Of a stretch of DNA of 64,000 bases, positions 36,265 to 48,200 are shown in pieces. Origin of the DNA: Catajapyx aquilonaris. Taxonomy: Eukaryota. The position numbers and the translations under genes were made by a program. Each line of letters opens with the position of its first letter. The stretch's first letter is position 1. The stretch lies in contig KZ538396.1 in the NCBI GenBank assembly GCA_000934665.2, forward strand, positions 1 through 64,000, written 5' to 3'. The notes below the pieces were generated by a model, which was not told where the DNA came from, did no database searches, and saw nothing but the letters and a program-made list of their open reading frames with translations.

Positions 36265-39200
36265 GTATGATGTTAATATGATGGATGGTTGATGAAGCTG
36301 ACTTGTGCGTTATTGGCACAACCATTTTGTGGCCTGCCATTAGATATGGCCTTGAGGTCAGATGGCAATATCATTTAACTTAAGCACATTATGTACTGGA
36401 GGTAGAACTTGTCCAGTTGCTTTAGAGATGAGGAGTTTGGCTTTCTGACAACCGAAGAGACCATGATTCACCCAATACGCTTTATAATTTTTATGGGCTT
36501 TTGTCCACCAGATTCGCCTGATTGTCCAACCTCTTGATTAGAGCATATCCACCCAGAATTTTGTTCATAACCTCATGGAATAGGCAAGGCTGCACCCCGG
36601 GTCACCCAATGGAGGTGCCCAATTATCTGCTATTTTTACACGCTTTATCACATGTGGGAATAATTGTGCACCCCTGTTGGGATGCAAAAAGCTGCACAAA
36701 AATAACAACTTCAGGCAAAATTTGCCGTAACTTTTTTTAAAAGGGTGTGAATACTTGGAACACACTGTACAGACACATCCTGCTCTAAATTGGCATACCT
36801 TGCCTTACACTCCCATACCAGTATGGCCACTAGAAAGGCATTTCCTAGAATCTGTTCCCCCATATTTTTTCTAATATGGTACTATGGGCGCCAAAAAAAT
36901 TGACCGGAGTTGATGGGTATATGGCACTATATACCCATCAAATCCGGTCAATTCTTTTGGCGCCCATAGTACAATATACTTTGTAATATTATTAGCTCAA
37001 CAATCTCACTAAAAAATATTATCATGATATGGGGTGACACCAATCCTGCAACATACACTTTCCATACTATACTAAAGGACGTGGCACAAAAAGTATGGGC
37101 CAGTGGCCTTCTGTTCAATTTGCCTGAAAATTGGATGTGTTGTAGCCTAGACCATCCTGATCAATGTTGGATAGGGATATATCGAGGTAGGACATAGGGA
37201 ACGTGCTAATGACCTCCGGAGGTAATATGGGGAGTAGTAGACTACAATAATCTTGATTCCAGGAACTCACTGGTTGTTGCATGAAATTAAAATTAATCCT
37301 TATTACCAAGTCATCGGGTTCACATTCTACTCCTTGAAGGTTGTCATCTGGAGTTTCCTCCAGCTGCACTTCAGCATCCATTGGGTCAATGTAAGGAGGC
37401 TTTCTCTCACAGCAGTCTTCCATTGTGTTGAGTAGCCTCCTCGATGGATAGCCGATATTTTCCTGGTGTCTAGCAAAACCTAGATACCACAAGTCACTTG
37501 CCAAGTGAGCACAACAGCCAAGCGTTCAAGACTTCCTGTCTTACACTTGCAGTACCATCCAAGAATTGGTTCAAATCCATCGTCACCGTTCTGTTGATCA
37601 TACAGAGCATCTTTGTACGCAATCCACAGGTTGTATTTGGGGGAGTTGGAAAACCTGGACTAAATTCTGGCTCTCAGGAAACCTGGCTCTTGTAGTAAAT
37701 CTCAATGGACCATTCTGAATCTTTATCAAGTTTATCCTGAACATAGGACTTTGCAAGTTTGACTTGGCACACTCCGTAAATTATGTTAGGTTCCTTAAAT
37801 CAAACTTGCGAAGTCCTATGTTCAGGATAAACTTGATAAAGATTCAGAATGGTCCATTGAGATTTTACTGCATGAGCCAGGTTTCCTGAGAGCCAGAATT
37901 TAGTCCAGGTTTTCCAACTCCACCAAATACAATCTGTGGATTGTGTACAAAGATGCTCCGTATGATCAACAGAACAGCGACGATGAAGACAATGGATTTG
38001 AGCCAATTCTTGGATGGTACTGCAAGTGTAAGACAGGAGCTCGAATGCTGGCTGTTGTCCTCACTTGGCAAGTAACTTGTGGTATCTAGGTTTTGCTAGA
38101 CACCAGGAAAATATCGGCTATCCATCGAGAAGGCTACTCAATACCATGGAAGAGTGTGGTGAGAGACACCTTCCTTATATTGACCCAATGGCTGAAGTGC
38201 AGCTGGAGGAAACTCCTGATGACAACTTTCAAGGAGTAGAATGTGAACCAGATGACAACTTTCAAGGAGTAGAATGTGAACCAGATGACTAGGTAATAAA
38301 GATTAATGTTAATTTCATGCAATAACCAGTGAGTTCCTAGAGACAAGATTATTGTAGTCTACTACTCCCCCTATTACCTGCGGAGGTCATTAGCATGCTC
38401 CCTGTATGTCCTACCTCGAAATGTCCCTATCCAACATTGATCAGGACGGTCTGGGCTGCAATATATCCAATTTTCAGGCAAATCGAACGGAAAACCAGAC
38501 CATGTCCCATATTACCTTCGGAGGTCATTAGTACGCTCCCTGTGGGTCCTACCTCGAAATGTCCCTATCTTCAGGATGGTCTAGGCTACAACATATCCAA
38601 TTTTCAGGCAAATCGAACGGAAGGCCACTGGCCCATACTTTTTGTGCCATGTCCTTTCACCAGAAGTAGAGAAATGAAATGACCTTGTAACTGGCAACCA
38701 TGCACCAAGTGTACAATACACTCCCAATTATCTTTGCTAATTAATGCACAAGTGCATCTGACAGATGATTGTAAAATACGGATAATAATTCAAAAATGGC
38801 CCTAGATATTGTAAAAAGGATCTATTCAGAGGTTTTAAATGAAATACTGGAAATATTGTATTGTGTTCTGGTTTAAATAAGGTTTAATCAAAATAATAAA
38901 ACCTACTAGATTTTTAGTTTCTCTTCTGGAAAAAGTCTGTTAGGCGATTTGTTTGTGAGACATGTTGACATTCTTTTAGACTTTTCTTCCTAACTTCCTT
39001 TTTGAGAAGGGCAGAGGTCAAGTCATAAAATTCCGACCTCACCGATGTTCTTGAAATTCGGTACATTGGTAGCCCACCCCAAGGGATGAAAAACGCACCT
39101 AAAGTGACCTGCTCACAATGACCTAGGGACCCCTTTTGGAGGACAGAGGTCAACTCGTAATTGGGGAAAACTCACAGATTTTCTTGAAATTCGGTGCATT

Positions 39201-42200
39201 GGTAGCCCATAAAAAGGGGTCACCGGGTCATTTTGAGCAGGTCACTTTAAGTGCGTTTTTCATCCCTTGGGGTGGGCTACCAATAGAATTTCAAAAGTTC
39301 TTGGAAAGTGTCCCTTGTGAGTTCAAGAGGTCATAACTTTTGACCTTGCAGGCATTAGCCGAAACGGTTTGCATTTTCTTTTATATCTTACCTCCCTATA
39401 TTATTGTGCCAAGTTTCATTGAGCAACTCCATTTACAACACTTACAGTTCCCTTGTGAGATATTCCTATTTTAAACTTCGACAGCCCATAAGGTTCCATT
39501 GTAAATTCCACTTTCTTGGCCTTCCATTGTGACCTATGATCATTACTCCACAACCACGACCAAACCATCATATTCTACAGTCTACACTATTTTTTATTTT
39601 ATTTATTTAATTTTATTTTTCGTACCCCGTTGTTAGGGCCGTGGACCCTTTTGGGGGGACACACACACATAGAATACAGGCAATACACAAAAGAGGAAAA
39701 AAAAGGGGGAATACATCATGAGTAGTTAAGCATATGCCTATGGACATTGGTTAAATATTGATGGAGCTGGAATATTTGCAGTTTCGATAAATTTTAAAGA
39801 AAAGAGGAGAGATGATCAGGTGGGAAGCGAGGGAAAGTATGTAGGTATGTATTACGGGGTGTGTTAAATATTAGGCATTCAAAAATCAAATTATATAAAT
39901 CTAATGAGCGGTTCATATTGCACCAGTCACAGTTGTCATCACTAAGTTTTATACCCGCGCCTGCTTTTACCGGGATGTAGGTTGACATATTTCTCAAATT
40001 TGTATACATTCTAAGGATAGGCAAAGGTAAGTCGACAGAAAAATATGGTTCTTGAACATATGTTGTTTTGTATGGTTTGTAATAAATGTATCTCTTCGTA
40101 TTGGACAACCGATCCAGAAAAAGGTTTTGTTACAGTCTACACTACACTGCAAATCACAAAACATTAAAAGAGCATCACTGGTGAGTCTCTCATGGAACAT
40201 AAATTTTTAATCCTCTTCTAATGCTCTGCCACTGCTCTTCTAATGCTCTTGTGATGCTCCTGTGATGCTTTTTTAGGTAAAAAGTATCACAAGAGCAGTG
40301 GCAGAGCATTAGAAGTGGATTAAAAATTTATGTACCATGAGAGACTCACCAGTGATGGTCTTTTAATGTTTTGCGGTTTACAGTGTAGTGAAATTATCTT
40401 CTGAGATATGTAACTCATTTTGGACAAAAAGTGGACCTTGATCGTTCTTCCCCCGAGGTCTTCATATACAGGGTGAAGGGAAACTCACAGACAATCGCCA
40501 GGTAGACTGATAGTACTCATAAAACTAATTTAGGGATGTGCTATTCGTTTTGGGCTCAGTTGCATAGTTCATGCGTTCAGTGTCAAAGTTTCGTGATGTC
40601 ACATCTGTTCCGCCAGCTATAAAGAAGCAAGTCAGCTCGAGGGCCTCCAGTCCCTTGCCTTGGTCACATCGTCCATGGGGAAAAGGCGATCAAATCCCGT
40701 CAGAGTAAGAATCAGGGTACGACACCTGTGCACTTTGTTGTTTTTACCTCGCATTGTACCATCCGGCCCTCTACACTTAAAGAGGCGCCGTACACATTAA
40801 CTACGCAACGGAGCCAAAAACTAATTGCACATCCCTATACTATTTAATTAGTTAAAAATTAATTAGTTAAAAAAAACTTCCGTGGTGAAATTTCTCATAA
40901 AATTTATTGCAAGGAAAAATAACCCCGGGGACCGCGCGACCCCTTGGAAAGGGGTTAACTTGGCAGTCCGCCCTCCCAACACTCCCAGCCAATGGCGTGC
41001 CTGGATTGGGATTGGGGGGGGGGGGGGGGGNNNNNNNNNNNNNNNNNNNNNNNNNNNNNNNNNNNNNNNNNNNNNNNNNNNNNNNNNNNNNNNNNNNNNN
41101 NNNNNNNNNNNNNNNNNNNNNNNNNNNNNNNNNNNNNNNNNNNNNNNNNNNNNNNNNNNNNNNNNNNNNNNNNNNNNNNNNNNNNNNNNNNNNNNNNNNN
41201 NNNNNNNNNNNNNNNNNNNNNNNNNNNNNNNNNNNNNNNNNNNNNNNNNNNNNNNNNNNNNNNNNNNNNNNNNNNNNNNNNNNNNNNNNNNNNNNNNNCC
41301 CCCCCCCCCATGGGGCAGCACTTGTTGACTGAAAGAAAATGCATTTCTGCACAACTTCTGTGGAATGAAAGGAAAATTGGGTGCAAAATTTGTACTCTAG
41401 TTGAGGTCAAAATACCAAGAAACATTTTGTAAAGGTCAAAGTTTTGAAATTCAGTCCCTTCCACACACCTCCCCCCACCATCCCCAGTTTTAAACTTCAA
41501 ATGCAGAATTTATCGAAAATAACTTTTAAGATTATTCATTACTGAAGGTGGACTACTACAACAAAGTTTTTAGAGAATTTGACTGTGAGCGTTAGGCTTG
41601 GTAAATGTCCATTGCAAGTACTGGAATATGACTGTTTGGTCTATTTGCATTAAGTTACTTCATGGTGGACCCATTTCTGCTTTACTGGGGCCCAACGTTT
41701 GGGACTAGACTGATGCTGCTTTTGTACCCCCATGTAGTACTCCCATTCCTTTTGTCTCTTCCTCACTCCTTTTTCTCCCCCTCAGGAACCAGCAAGACTT
41801 CAACATGCATGACATTTCTGCTGATACGAATGTAAGGTGATATACGAAGTGTCTGTCATGTGGACATTTTTAAAGATATTTTTGAGGGTGGTCCAGCAGG
41901 GGGTGACAAAGGAAGAAGCCACCATGCATCCCAACATTGTAGCAATTTCTGGAGCCATTCATGCACGCCACAACGGATGGCCTGAGCGGTTGGCTTTGTC
42001 AGTAGTTCCTGCAACCGAGTGAAATTGTGCAAACACCCCCATTTTTTTTTGTTTCTTTGTCATGAAAAGGGACCAGTCCGAGGAAGTTATGGGTCTGTTG
42101 ACCCCGGCTGACCTGGGGAGGGCACTGGAGACCTAAAAAAATGACCTAAGGGTGGAGATCGGACAGGACATAGTGAAATGTACTTCCGACCTCACAGCTA

Positions 42201-45200
42201 AATGTCTCAACGCTCAAGGCGAACTTTTTGCGGAGCGAACGGTGATCAACGAGCTGAAGGTAGAAAATCCTTATCTCAAGGAGGTTGAGTACCTCTAACA
42301 GCGCATGGTTCAGTTAGAGAACTAATCACGCCGATGCAACCTTGTTTTCTACGGCCTAAAGGGTGTGCAGGGAGAGTCATGGGAGGACACTGAGAACAAA
42401 GTCCGATCGACAAACTCCACCCTAATTCTGGAAGTATCGAGTTTCAATGGGTACACTGGCTGGGTCACAGGGTCATTTTGAGCAGTTCACTATAGGTGCG
42501 TTTTTGATCCCTTGGGGTGGGCTACCAATGCACCGAATTTCAAGAAAATGGGTGAGGTCAGAATTTGACCTCTGCTCCCTTCAAAAGTGGGTCATGGGGT
42601 CATTTTGAGCAGGTCACTATAGGTGCGTTTTTCATCCCTTTGGGTGGGTTACCAATGCACCGAATTTCAAGAAAATCGGTGAGGTTGGAATTTTACGAGT
42701 TGGAAAATGTCCCAAGTTGTCAGGGCAAATCTCAAGACATCATAAATGATGTCCGTAGGCCCTGCAGGAAAGTATGCTCGGACATCATATGATGTCCGTA
42801 GTCGTCCAAGGGTTAAGGAATGCAAATCAAGCTTCATAGAAATTTTATTTACTATTTTTGACAATAGCCTAAATACTCAGGAAATACCGTCGAAATGGGG
42901 GCAAGTGAGAGTAACCCCAATATACAAAAGCGGCGATAGAGCGCTTCCTGAAAATTATCGTCCAATCGCAATTTTTCATGATACTTTTAAGTTATTTACA
43001 TCAATTTTGACAATCAGATTACAAAGTTGGGCAGAAGAATATACGATTCTCCCAGATTGGCAGGCTGCTTTCCGTAAATCACGTGGATGCATGGATCATT
43101 TGTTTACTTTTCATATCTCATCATTAGCCCTATACTAAAGAGAGATACCATTCTTTCCTCTCTTCTTTTTCCTCTTTGTTTCTCTCTCCATCTGTCCCAC
43201 CTCTGCATCTTCTTATAGCCAGATAGCCATAGTTGCTTTGGCTTCTTCTTAATAAACCTAAACCTAAACAAGTGATTGTAATAAGGTGTATAATTCAAAG
43301 GGGAGTGGCAAACTTTTGGTATGCCTCTGGTTCAATCTGTTGATGATAATCTCCATCGTATGTATCAGAAAGAGGCTTATGCATGCTCTTTATGGAAAAG
43401 CACTTATATCATTTTTGCTCCACAGGATTGCAAACCTGCCAGATCAAAATGAAGCTGAAGATGAACTGAGCCGTTACGACATATCATCTGTCCCAAAGCA
43501 GTTTCTTTTTCCAATGGACCAACCAGTGGTACAGATGGAATGCCAGACTGCTTTTGACAATTTAAAATATGATGAGAAAGAATACGCACACCATCTCGTT
43601 TGTGCAGCCTGGACAGGAAGTCTTATTGTGACCTTGCAGGTAGGATCAAAAATGCCCATGACTCATGTAATTTACCTAATTGATTCTGGTACATTGTTGG
43701 ACATAATCTCGTCGTACTGCTAGCGACATTTTCCCAAGCGGCAGAAGAACGAATCTTGCTCAAACGGCTTGCACTATCCATTGCTTCAATTAATTCTTCT
43801 GCCAGCAGCAGTAGGCAAGGGGATTTGGTATCCGGCTGCGAATCGGGAGGTCCAGGGATCGAATCCCCAGGCCGGCAACTCTGACCGTGGTTTTCTGTGG
43901 TTTCCCACGGTCACCCCAGGTGAATACCGGAGTTGTTTCCTAAATTAGTAGGCCACAGCCGCTTCCTGCCTTTCCTATCCCTGTCCCATACTGGAGGAGG
44001 TGCGGCGTTTGCGGGAGGTCTCTGCTCCGCATCTAGAGGGTCGTCTTGTCAACCTAGCCCTCTGAGGGACTGCACACGTCCTCCACCATGAGACATTGCA
44101 CTTGCACCACTGTCCCCCCCTCTATCCCAGCACTGGAGAGTCAGAAAATGGTGGAAAAAAAAATCTCCCCTACATTGGCCAGAAGGTCTCAAGGGTGTAA
44201 ATAAAAATAAATAAATAAATAAATAAATTCTTCTGCCACTTTGGAAAATGTCGCTAGCAGTAAGACGCGATTAATGTCCAACACTGTACCATGGTCTGCC
44301 TAAGTAGACAAGGATAGACATATGGATTAGCTAACAGTGCTGGGAAATGGGAGAGAGCGAAATCAGTTATAACTAAATGGAATGTAACAGATTTGATGCC
44401 AATTTTTATCATGATCAAAACTCATCACTTAGCATGCTGGACTATATTCGTTTTATTTATGTCCATGTCTTATTATCCCATGCTGTAATGACATGGCATG
44501 GTGAGCACAGTATAACTCCTGAGCTAAACACGTTACCCCCTATTTGTTCCTTGGTTTTGTGTCTGCATAAGCAACATGGTCATTCACTAGTCTATTTGAA
44601 AATGTCAGAATGGACTTGGGCACATGTACTTTCCAGCAGACGGAGGGCAGGGTCAGTGTGTATGGGCCTTTAAGGGGGCACTACAGTCATCGACCTTCAA
44701 AACTTCGTTTTTTTGTTGTTTTTTTTTGATAAAAAAATCAAGCGTCTTTTCCTTCGTCGAATGCAGCTAACCGCGTCCCGAAATTCAAAAAATTGGAGCG
44801 TCGGGAGCGGACACCTGGCAACGACCTTCGGTTCCCCCTCCTCTCCCTACCTACCACTGGCATGAGCGCCATCAGGTGCTGCTCCCGCGCGGATGCGGAG
44901 GCACTACGCCGGTCCTGCTGGCCACAGCTTGTCTGTGTGACAGTAACGTATTTTTTTGAATCGCATTATCGCTCTGTTACATTACCCTACTTTTAACTTT
45001 AAACGCGTTTTTCTCAGTTTGCCAGATTTGGACACTGTCGACATCAGCCAGGCCACAAAAATGTAGCTGCGGACTTCCCACTTCACCAGATTTATCCTCA
45101 AACATGGCGCTATCATTCAGCCCTAAAGAATTAGGCTGCTCGAACTACTTCTATTTTTACTTTAATTAAATGTTTTCTCAAAACTGCTTAATTTGGTACT

Positions 45201-48200
45201 TATCGTCAAAAAAATACTAAAACGATTTCAAAAATGATAATTCTGGGTCAAATGAAAACTACATGCTCAAGTAAGCCTGAGGTCCAATCTGACTGTTGTA
45301 GGGTGACCCCAGCGTCCTAAATTGTGTCGACAGTGGCGTGACGTCACACGGCCCTGGAGGCCCTTGGACACACGAACGTGATTCGATTATAGGCGCTAAT
45401 AGGTCTTTGACTTATGTACTATATACGCCAAATTGTTTCATACCCCCGGGGTATGAAACAATTTGTCGTATACCTAGGTATAGTGCTATACGACAAATTG
45501 TTTCATACCCCGGGGGTATGAAACAATTTGGCGTATATAGTACATTCATGAAAATGAGGTCCCAACTTCTTGTCTCTAATGGGTTTTTTTTTTGGCGATT
45601 TTTTACAAAACCCTTGATTTTGACTGTAGTGCCCCCTTAATGTCTAATTGTGTCCTGTCAAGGTGTGTCATGGATGCATTTTGTAACCTCTTTTCAGACG
45701 TCACCAGAGTCTCCATTCATCTTTGCTATGCTTCGTCGTCTGTTCACCATCCAGCCTCCACATGTACTAAAGCCTGCTCTCTTGGAGAAGGGGTTCGACG
45801 AGGATGAGATCCAGGCATTCATGGTCTACACTTCAGCAATCTTCACCAATATGGGGAATTACAAGGGGTTTGGGGACACCAAGTTTGTGCCCAACCTCTC
45901 TCCAACCCGGTTTGAGTCTATCATCATGGCTACTGATGCATGGGAATATGAGGACCAGTTGGTCTTGGAATGCTGGTCCTTGATCAGAGTACGAATGTAT
46001 ACCATTCATGACCATGTGCAACAGCTAGGCTTGGGTGAAAAGGGAATAACCACCTACTTCTCTTCTAACTGCACCCCAGAGGATGCAGCCAGGGTGTCAT
46101 CATACCTAAAGGATCGAAAAATGGAGGCATACAACCAGCGTGTGTTCAAGGTAGAGGAAGAAAACAGGATTACTTACTTCATCAAGCTGGCTTCTGTCAC
46201 TATAGGCTCAGAGACAGAGGTGACTGTGATGTCTGAAAGGCATTCAAGGACTTCAATAATATCTGAAAGGATTTCAAGGACTTCACTAATGTCCAGAAAG
46301 GCTTCAATAATGTCCGGAAAGCCTTCATCGATTTCAATACACTCTGTATTGCCTTCAATGAATTCAATGACTTCAATGACGTCTGAAATGCCTTCAATGA
46401 CATCAGTAACGTCTGATGTACCTTCAATGACTTCAATAATGTCTGGAAAGCCTTCAACAATGTCAATAGTGTCTGGCAAACCTTCAGCAATTTCATTAAT
46501 GTCAGGAAAGCATTCAATGATGTCAATGATGTCAACAATGTCTTCAATGCCTCCAATGCCTGCAATGCCTGCAATGCCTGCAATGCCTGACATGCCTGAC
46601 ATGCCTGACATGCATGAAAAGCATGAAAAACCGGAGGAGCCTGAAACCCCTGTAACAACTGAAACCACTGAAACAGGTGAAATTCTTGAACCTCCCGAAG
46701 ATGAAGAAGAAACGATAGTAATATACGAGGTGTACAGGGGTGACTACTCACCTATCTTGGATAGGGTCAATATGGCCCTGGATAACGCAATAGAGTCAAC
46801 ATCTAGTGCTCTGCAGAAGAAAATGTTGGGTGAATACATGCGGAGCTTTGAAACTGGTGTACTTCAGGTGAATATTTATACAGTGTGATTTAACTAAATT
46901 GACAATAGCAGTTAATTTTTCTTTTTTTCTTTTTTTAGCTCGAGACTATTTATTTTAAGCTGCTTTATTCAACAGTTACTATTAAGCCCTGTTTCCAGTG
47001 GCACTATTTTTATTCTGGACAAAATGCAAGCCAGGAAACGCTACAGTTTCACCTGCAGAATTTTTCAAAGTTGCTGTGACATACCCGTCCTATTAGGGTT
47101 AAAATTAAAGCCAAAATTCCTGCATTCCAGATCTCTTATTGCAGGAATGAGTAGTAAATGTAATGCATATTTACTATTGTCTGATAGTGATAACTTATCA
47201 CATTTTCATTCCAGTCCTATGGATGGTGACCTGTTGATATTTTTAAATGGATACACATTCATAAGCTTACACTGTATTTTGACAATTCCTCCTAACCTCA
47301 CCATTTTTTCCTGTGTTCCAGCATCACAAGGAGGGTTCACGCCTGTGGATCCAGGACAAAGCTCCAGCCGTTGAAACATACATGGGCTTTATTGAAACCT
47401 ATCGAGATCCAGATGGACAGAGGGGGGAGTTCGAAGGGTTTGTGGCTGTTGTCAACAGGCCCATGTCAAAGAAATTTGCACATCTTGTGGAGAGAGCTAG
47501 TGACTACATTTCAAGGCTTCCGTGGCCCAAAGAGTTTGAGAAGGATGAATTTCTCCAGCCAGACTTTACTTCACTTGATGTCATTGCCTTTGCTGGGTCA
47601 GGAATTCCAGCGGGTATAAACATCCCAAATTGTGAGTCCGGTGGAATGAAAGCTTGATGTAGTTGCATGCACTATAGGCATTGAATTTGGCTGTACTGAA
47701 AGTAATTAACCCAATTTTCATACTGGAGTTAATTTTGCGACAGTAATGTACTGCTCTCCAATAACCTCTGCATTGCTTTATTCCCATTTTTATGACTCAT
47801 CCATCCTGATAGATGCATTTTTATTACCTGCACAGGAATTTTAAAATCCATATGCAATGGAACACCATTCCAGATGTTTGTAAACATTAATGTGCAGCAT
47901 TCTGGACTGTATCATTAGTAGAGGTCACTTAGGTATGTGTGTACCGTGGCAGGCATAAAGATGTGGACAGTAGTACTTCCCTTGCTAGTAGAAGCGCAGC
48001 CAGTGTCATCATTATACAATCGACATACAGTATTCTTGGCATGTCCTACTAGTATGCCTACCTTGGTGCTGTTGGTAAGGGGTGAAGGTCAGGCTAGGAA
48101 GCCCCCAGGCAGAGGAAGACCTCAGGTATACCGTCCACGTTTTTATGTTTGCGACTGTACATACTATTTGCCCAATTTACAGGAGCATGAATCATGACTT

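Noticed and set aside
40863..41500. ORFs in six frames
   Set aside because: They span the N gap.
45419..45540. Parvovirus/AAV-like terminal hairpin
   Set aside because: No Rep/NS1 or capsid sequence nearby, and the termini match the local GTAC mini-hairpin family.
46220..46676. DPP3 insert as a GT-AG exitron
   Set aside because: The best pair removes 457 nt (a frameshift) and the acceptor lacks a polypyrimidine tract; RNA-seq is still needed.
46174..46751. Two antisense ORFs over the DPP3 insert
   Set aside because: Expected from a 9-nt repeat lacking antisense stops; no independent evidence.
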